Assembly: GCA_038127535.1 (NCBI GenBank)
Contig: JAYPHU010000010.1
Span: 21,786 to 85,785 of the forward strand
Origin: Rhodospirillaceae bacterium
Lineage (GTDB): Bacteria; Pseudomonadota; Alphaproteobacteria; Rhodospirillales; UBA2165
Direction of reading: 5' to 3'
Length of the DNA stretch: 64,000 nt
Made by a program: the position numbers and the translations under genes. Of this stretch, positions 9,571 to 19,877 are shown piece by piece; within the stretch, counting starts at the first letter, position 1; every line of letters starts with the position of its first letter. The notes beneath the pieces were generated by a model, which saw only the letters and a list, made by a program, of their open reading frames with translations, had not been told where the DNA came from and did not search any database.

Positions 9571-11180
9571 CGTTTACCATCAGAAAACAGCACCGAGCGC
9601 CAGACGCTGTAATCGGGTTCTGAAAAAACCGAGTTTGGTCTAATTTTCGGACGATCTGAGGACCCGCACAAAACTCTACCTAAGTTCTGAAATGTTACGG
9701 AGGGGATTTTCAACCCATCTGGTAATATATCCAATGCAATTTTAGTGCTTGGTAGAAATTGGAACGTCGGCAATCCAGCTAAGATAGCCTCCAACCCTAC
9801 CGTCGTAGCGGAATAGACCACTGCTGAGAGCGCCCCTTGATCCTGAAGACGCTTGTTCGTTCTATGAATTCGAGGAGTCCCCATGAAGTAGTACGGGGTC
9901 ATCGGATGGTCCTTGATTAAAACATCCCGGTCTAAATTCGGTAGCGATTCAAAAGCATCAACCATCTCTGCGGAAATATCCCGATCAAACGGTAAGGCCA
10001 CAAAAATGGGCGCAGACTGATCATACGAATGTTTCACATTCGGTAATGTTCGGAGTGCTCCCCCTAACACAACACTCTCCTCTGTGTAGCCCAGTTGCTT
10101 TAACCTAACTTGCGACACGGGTCCGCTCGCTACAATTGTTTCAGGGAAGGTCTTGGCAATACCCTTGTCAGGAGTAGGAAAATAATTCAGTTCCTGTCTT
10201 CCAATAGTAGCATGCTGATAGCCTACCGTCCTGGTGCCGATTTTACGGGCATCACGCACAAAAACGCGCTCCCAGGAATGATTCTCCCAAGGCCATGAGA
10301 CTATTTTTGGCCTAGACTCTTCTAGCCATGCTGATTGACAAATTTGCTGCCAACGAATAATGGCTGGTTGAGCAGTTCCGCTTTCTATCGCTGCAGCTCT
10401 CCGGACGAGCCATCCGTTTGGTCCTGCTAAATCGGATCTTTTAGGTCGCCATTTGACCAATGGAAGCGCTAACGTAGCCATGGGCGCCCCCCATGCATGG
10501 AGACTGAAATTGCGCTTATCGCCTGTCAGTTCCTTGGCGCGGCGCAGACGGCAATCGACGTGAAACACCCTGACGATATTTTCGAACCTCTTCATCATAT
10601 CACCAAAATAACCGTCCTCGCCATCTCGGTTCGCTTGCGGGTGCCCATATACCAGCAAACTAACGGATCCGGCGGGAAACATTTTGCGCTGACCACGCAG
10701 AAAAAGAGAGGAAAAAAACAGTTCCACGGACAAGGCGATCCGTGCCACGTAACCTCGCAAAACCATTCGTAATTTTTGTTTCCATAGTAAGGGCGGTGGA
10801 CCCGCTTTTATTCCCTCAAGGGCTGCCAGGTGGCGATACATCCATGGATCGTCACAAAGAACCGTCACATCTTTATCCTGAATGATCCATTTTTTCACGA
10901 CCTCTGTCCAAGCTAGCATCTGTCCGAAATCCGATGCATTGGCGGCACAGGCAGGCATATGAGCTAAAATGGACGAGGGAACAGATGATAATTTTCGTGC
11001 GGCCGCGATCCATGCATCTTCGATGTCATCGAAGGCTCGGGCCAACTCTTCTGCAATATCTTCGACGAACGGCGCTTTAATCGCCGAAATCGTTGAGGCC
11101 GAAAGGGTTCCGATCGAGCACCATGGTCCGATTATTTTGAGAGACAGTGCCCGTTTCGATGTTACAAGGGTTACCGGCAT
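9567..11180 (-). CDS. Orphan GT-B-like surface-carbohydrate biosynthesis protein (paralog 1 of 3)
   Basis: No family motif recognised with certainty. The C-terminal half has a Rossmann-like pattern with GYQHATIG, VLIKDHPMTPY (K-x-H-P) and SATTVGLEAILAGLP. Trimmed to the ATG at 11180 (MPVTLVTSK...) to avoid overlap with the methyltransferase gene. Confidence 0.6.
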   Translation of the reverse strand: MPVTLVTSKRALSLKIIGPWCSIGTLSASTISAIKAPFVEDIAEELARAFDDIEDAWIAAARKLSSVPSSILAHMPACAANASDFGQMLAWTEVVKKWIIQDKDVTVLCDDPWMYRHLAALEGIKAGPPPLLWKQKLRMVLRGYVARIALSVELFFSSLFLRGQRKMFPAGSVSLLVYGHPQANRDGEDGYFGDMMKRFENIVRVFHVDCRLRRAKELTGDKRNFSLHAWGAPMATLALPLVKWRPKRSDLAGPNGWLVRRAAAIESGTAQPAIIRWQQICQSAWLEESRPKIVSWPWENHSWERVFVRDARKIGTRTVGYQHATIGRQELNYFPTPDKGIAKTFPETIVASGPVSQVRLKQLGYTEESVVLGGALRTLPNVKHSYDQSAPIFVALPFDRDISAEMVDAFESLPNLDRDVLIKDHPMTPYYFMGTPRIHRTNKRLQDQGALSAVVYSATTVGLEAILAGLPTFQFLPSTKIALDILPDGLKIPSVTFQNLGRVLCGSSDRPKIRPNSVFSEPDYSVWRSVLFSDGKR

Positions 11181-11235
11181 GAAATGATAGCGTCGGCGCT
11201 TAAGACGGAAACTGGTTTCGTAAACGCTGTAGCGT

Positions 11236-11931
11236 TTAGCGTGAAATTTGCCACGTACGCGTGATAATCTCGGGGTAGGGTGAAACGGCGAACTCAGAAA
11301 CTCCATGCCTGTATCCCCGCTGCTCAATTCTGTCAGCGTCGGCGAACATGGATTCGATCACCTCCAAGGCATCCGCTTCATTTATGATATTATAAGGCAA
11401 AACTGTGGCGCCAGCAGCTATCTCGCTGCGCGAAAAATCGGTTCGGAAATAGGAGATGGCTTTATCTTCAACGGTCTCCTCTTCCGTCTCACGCAAATCG
11501 AAAATTAGGTTTCTTTCGGTGAATTGCCACGCCAAAGCAAGTGTTTCCTTCCAAACCTCATGCAAGTGAAGTATTCCGAGGCAAAGTACGAGGTCGAAAC
11601 GGGCATCGTTCAAAATCGATAGGTCTGCCTCGTCGACCTTATGAAACGAGTGCTGAGGAAACTTTTCACGAGCCAGATCAATCATCCGTTGGTTAATATC
11701 AACACCTGTATAACTGAACCGTCGAATATTTTCGGATATTATCCCGGCAAATCCGCCCTGGGCGCACCCGACGTCAAGAACGCTCACGCCTTCTTTGAGG
11801 TTGTCCTTTAAGAAGAACCATTCCGATGGATAGACGTCTTCTGTCTTAAGCCGGTGGTGGTCGAAATAGTTCAACGCATCGGGAACGCCCCAAGCGCGAG
11901 CATTACCTAGCCTATTCCTTCGTACAGTCAC
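11236..11931 (-). CDS. Class I SAM-dependent methyltransferase
   Basis: Motif I VLDVGCAQGGFAG. GTG start. Confidence 0.8.
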   Translation of the reverse strand: MTVRRNRLGNARAWGVPDALNYFDHHRLKTEDVYPSEWFFLKDNLKEGVSVLDVGCAQGGFAGIISENIRRFSYTGVDINQRMIDLAREKFPQHSFHKVDEADLSILNDARFDLVLCLGILHLHEVWKETLALAWQFTERNLIFDLRETEEETVEDKAISYFRTDFSRSEIAAGATVLPYNIINEADALEVIESMFADADRIEQRGYRHGVSEFAVSPYPEIITRTWQISR

Positions 11932-12015
11932 AGTTCAAGGTTGCCATTCTTGATGGACGCTGCAGTAGTTGGAGTCATTTTCTGTATTTAAGATAGGCTA
12001 GTCCATATTCGCGGA

Positions 12016-13062
12016 CTACTTGACAGCGACGATATTCCACGAAAACCCGGCGATATTGCCCAGATATAACTCGATAGGCGTGTCGGGCACTACAGTACGA
12101 CCGTAAACCAGACGTCCACCGGAGTGTTCCTTATATCCCAGTAACCGTAATATACCGTGTCGAATTTGGGTCAGCCTGGGAATACAAAAATTGTCAAATT
12201 GAAAGCTTGCCTTGCGGAGCCTAATTTCCTTGAAATCTCCGAGTAAGCCCCGAATTTCGTTCGCTGAATATACCCTGGTATAAGGATTTTTGGTTTCGCC
12301 AAATTTTGGCTTTCCCTCTGTCAGCCTTCCGATCCATTGTGCCTCGGGCCAACATAACATCTCTCCGGTAAAGAGTGCGCGCGGCACTATATTGAACCAA
12401 TAGATCGCCGAGTGACGCGAATAAAGCATTAATACGGCTTTGCCGCCCGGCTTAAGGACGCGATTGACCTCGGCAATACACTGTTCGGTATTGGTTGAAT
12501 GATGGAGAACGCCGTTGGAATAAACGATATCAAAATAATCGTCGACAAAGGGCAAATTTTCGGCATCGGCGTTAAATACGGAACTGTCGAGGCCGGAAAC
12601 CAGTTGTAATTTGCGCGCCGTCGCTGCTGCGCGTTCAGGCGTAATATCTACAGCAGTAACATTTGCACCGTGATGCTTGAACAAAGCAGAATGGGCGCCC
12701 GACCCAGACCCGATCTCCAAAACGCGCTTCCCAGCGAGTTCGTTAACCGGCATCTCGACGACGGCCAAGTGCCGTCGCTGATGGAACAAATCCTCCAACT
12801 CTTCTAGCTGGCCCGAAAATTTCTCTCTGTCGATATTTTCTTCATGCCCAAGATACGCTTGCTTGTAGAGATCAGCCCACCAAGATTGGATGTCAGCCTT
12901 AAGGTCGCCTTCCATAAAAGGCCTAATCAGTGAAAACATACGAATTTCGGATTGAGCGGGAAAATTCGCCCGGCAGTTTCCGCAAATTACGCGGGATGGG
13001 GCTTCAAACGTCAACTTGCGAGCACAACAGTTTGGGCACCTTAAATAATCGGGCAGTTTCAT
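12016..13062 (-). CDS. Class I SAM-dependent methyltransferase with N-terminal zinc ribbon
   Basis: CPNC...x...CGNC ribbon at the N-terminus. Motif I VLEIGSGSGAHSA. FDIVYSNGVLHH. Confidence 0.8.
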   Translation of the reverse strand: MKLPDYLRCPNCCARKLTFEAPSRVICGNCRANFPAQSEIRMFSLIRPFMEGDLKADIQSWWADLYKQAYLGHEENIDREKFSGQLEELEDLFHQRRHLAVVEMPVNELAGKRVLEIGSGSGAHSALFKHHGANVTAVDITPERAAATARKLQLVSGLDSSVFNADAENLPFVDDYFDIVYSNGVLHHSTNTEQCIAEVNRVLKPGGKAVLMLYSRHSAIYWFNIVPRALFTGEMLCWPEAQWIGRLTEGKPKFGETKNPYTRVYSANEIRGLLGDFKEIRLRKASFQFDNFCIPRLTQIRHGILRLLGYKEHSGGRLVYGRTVVPDTPIELYLGNIAGFSWNIVAVK

Positions 13063-13101
13063 CGTCAGTCCTAGAATCGGAATTTCCTTATCATTAAAAT
13101 T

Positions 13102-13875
13102 TCAATACTGACCCCACAATGCGTCTTCACGGATGTGCGATTCGACGCGTTCGATATCGTCTGGACTATCCACAGAAAAACTGGGTTGGTAGGCAATGGG
13201 GGCGATATATTGATGGTATCCGTTATCATAAAGGCGATTCGAATCACACGCTTCTTTTAGCTCAAGGGGGCTTTCCGGAAGTTTGGTAAACAGTTTCAGA
13301 AAATGCCAACGGAAGCCGAAAATTCCATAGATTCGCTTGGCGCCAAGTTCCGGCGAGAACATACCGGGCTTGCAATGAGGGATCGGCTGGCGGGATGTGT
13401 ATAAGATGCGGCCGTCGAGATCGTGAATAATTTTAAGAATATCCGGGTTTTGATACTGCGCGTCGTCGACGATATTCATGGCGAGCACGGTGCCGTTGAT
13501 ATCCGCGCGCGCCTCCATCGGCTTGATGGTCGCTGCGATCATATCCGGATACATCATGGGTTCATCCCCTTGGACGTTAAGAACGATATCGCCGTCGCCA
13601 ATACCGACCCCGCAATTCTCGGTCGCTTCCGCAACCCGGTCGAGGGCCCGCGTATGCGTGTCCGCCGTCATAATAACGGGGTATCCTTTCGATTCGGCAA
13701 ATTCTCGGATTTCATCGTCGCAAGTCGCCAGGAACAATCCATCCCAACGATCAAATAGTTTTGCACGTTCGAAAACGTGTTCGATCATCGGCCGGCCGCA
13801 AATCGGGTGAAGGGGTTTGCCGGGAAACCGGCTGGCCGCCATACGGGCCGGAATTATGCCAATGATTTTCGTCAT
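13102..13875 (-). CDS. KdsB/KpsU-like 3-deoxy-2-ulosonate cytidylyltransferase (paralog A, 257 aa)
   Basis: IIGIIPARMAASRFPGKPL and NVQGDEPM motifs of CMP-Kdo synthetase-type enzymes. Confidence 0.8.
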   Translation of the reverse strand: MTKIIGIIPARMAASRFPGKPLHPICGRPMIEHVFERAKLFDRWDGLFLATCDDEIREFAESKGYPVIMTADTHTRALDRVAEATENCGVGIGDGDIVLNVQGDEPMMYPDMIAATIKPMEARADINGTVLAMNIVDDAQYQNPDILKIIHDLDGRILYTSRQPIPHCKPGMFSPELGAKRIYGIFGFRWHFLKLFTKLPESPLELKEACDSNRLYDNGYHQYIAPIAYQPSFSVDSPDDIERVESHIREDALWGQY

Positions 13876-13943
13876 TTTGCCAGATACGCCTTTTCCAATT
13901 CATAATTTCCCACGAGAGATTCGGACCTGTTAGTAACAGCCGT

Positions 13944-15464
13944 TCAAAAGACCATATAAATAAAGTCGTTGGAGTGAGACCCCTTTGCGACAACCACCAA
14001 CAGTCCGATTAAACCGAACACGCTGACCAGAGGAACTATCGCACTACGTGGAAACAAGCGGTGGCCAGCGTCCCGTTCAATGCACGCTGCCATTATCTCT
14101 CTAGTATTCGGCAATACCAAAACGAATATTCCCAAACAAAACAGAACACCCAATGTCCCATATTGATATGGAAGTGTTTCAGAAAACTGAACCCCGACAG
14201 ACGTAAGCACAGTCGAGCCGTCATCGAACAACGCGCGCCAGGAAGCCGGCAGAATCAAGCCGTTCAAACCTATCATACCCCGTAACGTCGCAATCGCATC
14301 GGACCAGCTTTCCGCTCGGAAGAACACCCAAGTCACAACAACCGCAAGCAAGGTGATGGTTCTGGAGACGGCGCGCCCAAACCAAGAAGAACGATTCAAC
14401 TCTAAGCCCAGTGCTTTGCGGCCTTCACGCCACAAATGATTGATGACGATAAATACGCCATGAAGGAAACCCCAGAATACGAACGTCCATGCGGCGCCAT
14501 GCCACAAACCGCCGAGAAGCATTGTAATTAAAATATTCAGATAGCGCCGTTGCGTGCCGTTTCTATTGCCGCCAAGCGGGATATAAAGATAATCCTTTAG
14601 AAATCTTGAAAGCGTCATGTGCCAACGCTGCCAAAACTCAATAATACTTTTCGCCTTGTAGGGCGAATTGAAGTTCTCCGGCAACCGGATGCCAAACATT
14701 CTGGCCAGACCGATTGCCATATCTGAGTAACCGGAGAAATCAAAATAGATTTGGAATGTATAAGCGAGAGTTCCGACCCAGGCCTGGATCATGGTCGGAT
14801 CCTGGCCGGAAATATTTTGAAAAAAGTTCTCCGCGTGTGCACCGATACCATCGGCGATAACAACCTTCTTCTGGAGCCCGATAATGAATATCGCCACACC
14901 TGAAAAAAATTCCGAAACGTTGAATTGTTTGGTGTCGCGCGCCTTGAATTGGGGAATAATTTCCTGGTGGTGAACAATAGGGCCGGCAATCAACTGAGGA
15001 AAGAAACTGACAAACAGGACATAGTCCAGAAGACTGGTATCCGTTACGTAGCCTTTGTGAACGTCCACCAGATAGGCAATTTGCTGGAAAGTAAAAAACG
15101 AGATTGCCAAAGGTAGGATGATTTCCGGCGACGGCAGGGAGGCGGCGAATACCGTGTTAACTGAACCGACGAAGAACCCGAAATACTTGAACACCCCGAT
15201 TATTGCCAGATTGAAAACGACCCCGGTGATTAAGAGGGGTCTCGATCTACGCGACATCAATGCCCGGCCAATCAGATAGTTGACGAGAATCGATCCGAGC
15301 AACAAAGTCAGATATGGGGGATTCCAATAAGCATAAAAAAATAGGGAACAGACCGCGAGCCATCCGAAAACAGTCGTCCGCCCAGTATACCGCGCCACAA
15401 AAAGATAAACGCCAAATACGATCGGTAGAAATATGAAAACGAATGACTCTGAACTAAATAACAC
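13944..15464 (-). CDS. MBOAT-family membrane O-acyltransferase (AlgI/DltB-like)
   Basis: WQRWHMTLSRFLKDYLYIPLGGNR and LLGGLWHGAAW (conserved His) in a polytopic protein. GTG start overlaps the upstream stop by 1 nt. Confidence 0.9.
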   Translation of the reverse strand: MLFSSESFVFIFLPIVFGVYLFVARYTGRTTVFGWLAVCSLFFYAYWNPPYLTLLLGSILVNYLIGRALMSRRSRPLLITGVVFNLAIIGVFKYFGFFVGSVNTVFAASLPSPEIILPLAISFFTFQQIAYLVDVHKGYVTDTSLLDYVLFVSFFPQLIAGPIVHHQEIIPQFKARDTKQFNVSEFFSGVAIFIIGLQKKVVIADGIGAHAENFFQNISGQDPTMIQAWVGTLAYTFQIYFDFSGYSDMAIGLARMFGIRLPENFNSPYKAKSIIEFWQRWHMTLSRFLKDYLYIPLGGNRNGTQRRYLNILITMLLGGLWHGAAWTFVFWGFLHGVFIVINHLWREGRKALGLELNRSSWFGRAVSRTITLLAVVVTWVFFRAESWSDAIATLRGMIGLNGLILPASWRALFDDGSTVLTSVGVQFSETLPYQYGTLGVLFCLGIFVLVLPNTREIMAACIERDAGHRLFPRSAIVPLVSVFGLIGLLVVVAKGSHSNDFIYMVF

Positions 15465-16483
15465 TATGGCAGGTTCTTTGTCGTGTGTAACAGTTGCCAG
15501 GCCAACGCTTTCGCCGCAAGTTCATGCCCAACTGGCCGCCAATGGCCGTCATTTACAAAATGATATCGCATCGGGTTTCCATCGCGCTCCTGTACACGAC
15601 GCATATCGATATAATTTAATCCGGAACGCTCAAGGGCTAGAATCAAAGCGTCGTGAATTTGACGTTCAGACGCTTGGTTGTTGCCAATCCACAATCCACG
15701 GCTCGGTATCACCATGATCACAACCCGATAAGTCTCAGCGATTTTTTTAAGGCTGTTCAGCGTGGATTTTACCGCCCGCCTATCAAGATCTCGCCGATGT
15801 ACCTCCGACAAAGGAACAATAAGCCCGACCTTAACAGCAATGGCGCGAAACCATTGAATTCGGCCCAAAACCGACGTCGCCAAAAAATAAAGGCTGGAAT
15901 GCTCCAATAAAAACCCCTTAACGGTGTTCAAGTTGAATAATGTCCCCGGCGGCGGACGCGCCGCTTCGGATCGGACAACGGGCTTTACAGCGGCAATGTC
16001 GTAATCGTTGATGTCGTCGTACATGTTCAAAAGGATAATTACGTCTTTGGCGGCCGAGCCACGAGCACGCGCGTACCGTAACAATTTATCGTATCCAGGA
16101 ACATCGGTCGGTACAGCAACATTGAAGACTCGCCGACCGATCAACTTTTCCAACCGTTCCGATACCCGATCCTGTTGTTCCACACCCCAACCGAATGCGA
16201 AAGAATCCCCAACCAGGATGACATCTTTGTCGGTTGCCGTGCTTAAATCTTTTAAATCTCGCAGTCCATGCTCGTTAAAAACAACTGACACGTTGTAATC
16301 GCCCGAATTTTTTACCTGACGGAAATGGCCGTTAGCGGGCCCGAGAACAGGTAAATCCGGCTTCTCCGGATTAAATCGTAAATGGTTGTTGGGATTATAA
16401 TCGGGCAGCGTAAGACGGACGCCTAACTCCTGTATAATTAGCGCAAGCGCAACTCCACAGAACCCCAGCGCCAACCTACCCAA
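15464..16483 (-). CDS. SGNH/GDSL-like acyl-transfer partner of the MBOAT (AlgJ/AlgX/PatB-like role), N-terminal membrane anchor
   Basis: Block I LVGDSFAFGWG. Block V-like FVNDGHW. N-terminal hydrophobic anchor. TTG start. Confidence 0.7.
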   Translation of the reverse strand: MGRLALGFCGVALALIIQELGVRLTLPDYNPNNHLRFNPEKPDLPVLGPANGHFRQVKNSGDYNVSVVFNEHGLRDLKDLSTATDKDVILVGDSFAFGWGVEQQDRVSERLEKLIGRRVFNVAVPTDVPGYDKLLRYARARGSAAKDVIILLNMYDDINDYDIAAVKPVVRSEAARPPPGTLFNLNTVKGFLLEHSSLYFLATSVLGRIQWFRAIAVKVGLIVPLSEVHRRDLDRRAVKSTLNSLKKIAETYRVVIMVIPSRGLWIGNNQASERQIHDALILALERSGLNYIDMRRVQERDGNPMRYHFVNDGHWRPVGHELAAKALAWQLLHTTKNLP

Positions 16484-16497
16484 AAGTACCGAGTTTC

Positions 16498-17541
16498 TCA
16501 GTTTACCGAATCCCCGAAATCACATTGACGAGCCCAATCAGGATCGGCCCGGTAGATTCGATCAACCAATTGCATCGTCCGTAATGCATCGTCGGATGAG
16601 CCGTTGATGATTTCGCCGCCTTCGATAATCGCCGTCGCAAACTCATCGATTTCACTGGACCAGGAAGGATCGCTCTCATAACAGGTTGTCACTTCCTTTG
16701 GATCACCTTGGTCGTCTTCGGCGGCGTAGGCGACGGTCATTGTTTCATCACCATAACTCTTGGATCCCGATAATATCCCGGACAAGGTAACAGCTCCTTT
16801 TTCAAGAGTGATATCCAGTTGGAACATGTGCTTCCATTGCGTGGCCGACGAGTGAAGCATGGCGACGACACCATCTGAAGTACGCATCAACGCATAAGCG
16901 TTATCTTCGACATCATGCTTCCAATAATCATTGCTGACGAAACTATGAATTGTTTCGAATTCGCCGGCGAACAACCGCATTAAATCGACCATGTGGATTC
17001 CTTGGTCCAACAGGATTCCGCCACCGGCAACGGCTTTTTTAGTACGCCAATCGGAATGTTGCCCGAAGCTGATAAATTTTGATTTTCCGTATACACCACG
17101 CAGGTTCATGACACGCCCTAGTTCGCCGGAGGCAACGATATTGAGCGCATCCTGGACGGAGTCGTGATAGCGGTGGTTAAAACCGTATTTCAGCTTAAGC
17201 GTGGGCTGTTTTGCTTCGACTGCGCGAACACGGATAACGTCTTCCACCGTCCGGCCGGGCGGCTTTTCGCAAAACACGTGAATACCGCTCTCGAGACCGG
17301 CGATGGTCACTTCAGGCGCGATGTCATTCGTCATACACACGAATAACGCATCGAGATCTTCGCCAATAAGGTCCTGATAGTTTTTGAATTTTTTCAAACT
17401 CCTGCCGGATAATTCGGAATCTGAAGAATTACGATCACAAACGGCAACAGTAACGAGATCCGGGTGCTGGTCGATAAAATGATGGCGCCGTTTGCCGACA
17501 ATGCCATAACCGGCAATTCCTACGCGCAAAGGCTTTGTCAT
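16498..17541 (-). CDS. Gfo/Idh/MocA-family NAD(P)-dependent oxidoreductase
   Basis: VGIAGYGIVGKRR Rossmann start and VFCEKPPGRT (EKP motif). Confidence 0.85.
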   Translation of the reverse strand: MTKPLRVGIAGYGIVGKRRHHFIDQHPDLVTVAVCDRNSSDSELSGRSLKKFKNYQDLIGEDLDALFVCMTNDIAPEVTIAGLESGIHVFCEKPPGRTVEDVIRVRAVEAKQPTLKLKYGFNHRYHDSVQDALNIVASGELGRVMNLRGVYGKSKFISFGQHSDWRTKKAVAGGGILLDQGIHMVDLMRLFAGEFETIHSFVSNDYWKHDVEDNAYALMRTSDGVVAMLHSSATQWKHMFQLDITLEKGAVTLSGILSGSKSYGDETMTVAYAAEDDQGDPKEVTTCYESDPSWSSEIDEFATAIIEGGEIINGSSDDALRTMQLVDRIYRADPDWARQCDFGDSVN

Positions 17542-18632
17542 AGTATTTTCTGGATTCGGTAGAGATCCGAAATCGCCTCGTTGGCGCGTCCGAGCCGCGT
17601 CGACTCACCATCGGAATCGGGATGAATCCAATTACTTTCCTCATCGGACCGATAAAAAGCGTGTAGGAGTTTTAAGCTCCCCAGGCAATCCTCTCGGCTG
17701 ACCGGGTATTCGGCTCCCTCCCGAAAATGTCGGACGATATCGCGGTACATCTTTTCGTGCCCGTTTCCATAAACACTGAAACCGAAATCCTCGGAGTTGG
17801 CCTCGCAAGCCGACGGATCAGGCGTAAAGACCTGAAGCTCGTTGACTGCAATTCCTCCCAGTTGAGCCAACCCCTCGGATCCGACGATACTGAGCGATGC
17901 CTCGAAATCGTCTGGGCGAGCGGCAGTGGTGACTTCAAGGTTCCCGACGGCGCCGGACGCATAGGTAAACGTCGCCACCACCGTATCCTCGGCTTCGATA
18001 TCGGCGCCAAGGGTTCGCATGGTCGCGCTTACTTCCTCAATTTCACCGCCGAGATAACGAAGTAGGTCGATATGATGGATTCCCTGGTTGGTAAGCGCGC
18101 CACCGTCGTGGGACATGGTTCCACGCCAGGGCGCTAAATCATAATATCGTTGTGGGCGGCACCAGCGGGTGCGCACACCGACGACTCTGATCTCGCCCAA
18201 CTCGCCCTGCTCGAGGGCTCGCCTAACGCGTTGAACAGCCAGGTTATAGCGGTTTTGAAAAACGGGAAAAATTTTAACCCCGGCTTTATCGGCGGCGGTA
18301 CTCGCCCGCAACAAGTCACTCGGTTTTAGAAATGTCGGCTTCTCGACGATAATATTCTTTCCATAAAGCTCGATGATTTCCAGGCCGTGCTCGAAATGCA
18401 TACCCGAGGGCGTTATGACGGCAACCGTATCGATCTCCGGATGATCGCGGAGCATCTGGTGATAGTTGGTGTAATGACCAGCGCTAAATTCATTGGCGTA
18501 ATTTTCAGCCTTCTCGGAAACCAGATCGCAAACTGCAATTAGATTCGCGTCATCGACCATATCGATGGCGCGTGCGTGCTGTCCGGCAATCCGCCCGCAT
18601 CCGATTAAAGCGATGTTTATTGACTTTAACAA
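17538..18632 (-). CDS. Gfo/Idh/MocA-family NAD(P)-dependent oxidoreductase
   Basis: IALIGCGRIAGQHARA and IIVEKPTFL. ATGA overlap at 17538-17541 with the downstream paralog. Confidence 0.85.
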   Translation of the reverse strand: MLKSINIALIGCGRIAGQHARAIDMVDDANLIAVCDLVSEKAENYANEFSAGHYTNYHQMLRDHPEIDTVAVITPSGMHFEHGLEIIELYGKNIIVEKPTFLKPSDLLRASTAADKAGVKIFPVFQNRYNLAVQRVRRALEQGELGEIRVVGVRTRWCRPQRYYDLAPWRGTMSHDGGALTNQGIHHIDLLRYLGGEIEEVSATMRTLGADIEAEDTVVATFTYASGAVGNLEVTTAARPDDFEASLSIVGSEGLAQLGGIAVNELQVFTPDPSACEANSEDFGFSVYGNGHEKMYRDIVRHFREGAEYPVSREDCLGSLKLLHAFYRSDEESNWIHPDSDGESTRLGRANEAISDLYRIQKIL

Positions 18633-18640
18633 AGGGGCTC

Positions 18641-19852
18641 CTACTCTTTTTCTACTGCTGTATTCCCCATGAGGCGCGAGCGCACACGTTGGACGGTATT
18701 GCGGATAGGGTTTTGAAGGTTTTCCGGTAGTTTGACGAGTGTCTTACGTGCATGATCTTTCGCCATGAAAAACGCTAAATTATTGTTACTGCGCCGATGC
18801 AAAATCAGGCTCTGTCGAAGAATTTTCAAAGACACTTCAGAATCAACCAGACCACGTTCCGTTACCTTAACGATGCTGCGGTCGATTTGTGCAAACATTT
18901 CGTCAAATTGGTCATGATCAAATTTTAGGTAATTTTTCTGGAAACCTAACGAATTGTCCGGATTTGCGACCAGATTGATATCCGGTTCGGCATCATACTT
19001 CAGTCCTAAGGCAACGAATCGTTCGATTTCTTCACAGTTGACTCGGTTCAGCGTCATGCTGATAGAAAATTCAAAATCCGTTTTGTTTTTTCTTTGCTTC
19101 AACCATTCGAGATTTTCGAGCACCTCGTTCCACGAAGCTTTTCGCCCACGAAGACGCAAGGCATCAAAACTTTCTTCGGTCGCGGCATCCAGCGAAACCG
19201 CCACGCCGAGCAACTCCTTGGTTGCCAGAATAGCCTTAACCCGCTCGGTAAACAAAGTCGCATTCGTAATAAAGTAATATTTACACCCGTCGGTCAGTTG
19301 ATCATTTTCCATAAAGTCCAGAACCGGGCGGTACAAGAACGGTTCTCCACCAAACGGGAGTACGACTTGAAAATGCGGAGACATTTCGGTGATCTGCTGC
19401 ATAAATGACGCTGGCAGCTTGAGCCGCATCAACGCGTCGTCGCGCTGATAACAGTGATAACAATCGAGATTGCAGGCATAGCTATAGGCAAAGCGCATCC
19501 AACGGGGTTTCGATTCTAGGGTTGTGAGCCGCTGATCGAACTCGATCTCGTTCTGGGCCGCATTCTGACGTGCTAGGCTTTGTGTGGGTAAGTCTTCGTA
19601 CCAACTCAGATTCCGATATCGTTTTCCGCCCTGTAGAATGGGGCAGGTGTGTGGGCACAACAAATGGGCGCCCTCATTAGCCATCTTTTTGCGTATACTC
19701 TGGAACCTTTCACCGTTCCAGATGTCTTCCACGGAACCCTCGTTGACATTTCCCAACACGGTCGCGTTGTCGCAACACATGGTTACGTTGCCATTGGGAT
19801 TATTTACTTCAAAGTGAGTCCAAGGATGGTCGCAAACGAATTTATTTTTCAT
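18641..19852 (-). CDS. Radical SAM enzyme with an N-terminal twitch/SPASM-like Cys domain
   Basis: C7-x13-G21-x4-C26C27 ... LGNV ... EDIWNG ... C66-x3-C70 precedes the core cluster motif C127-x3-C131-x2-C134 (YACNLDCYHC). Confidence 0.8.
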   Translation of the reverse strand: MKNKFVCDHPWTHFEVNNPNGNVTMCCDNATVLGNVNEGSVEDIWNGERFQSIRKKMANEGAHLLCPHTCPILQGGKRYRNLSWYEDLPTQSLARQNAAQNEIEFDQRLTTLESKPRWMRFAYSYACNLDCYHCYQRDDALMRLKLPASFMQQITEMSPHFQVVLPFGGEPFLYRPVLDFMENDQLTDGCKYYFITNATLFTERVKAILATKELLGVAVSLDAATEESFDALRLRGRKASWNEVLENLEWLKQRKNKTDFEFSISMTLNRVNCEEIERFVALGLKYDAEPDINLVANPDNSLGFQKNYLKFDHDQFDEMFAQIDRSIVKVTERGLVDSEVSLKILRQSLILHRRSNNNLAFFMAKDHARKTLVKLPENLQNPIRNTVQRVRSRLMGNTAVEKE

Positions 19853-19877
19853 TCGTTAAATTTCCGAATTTTTATGA

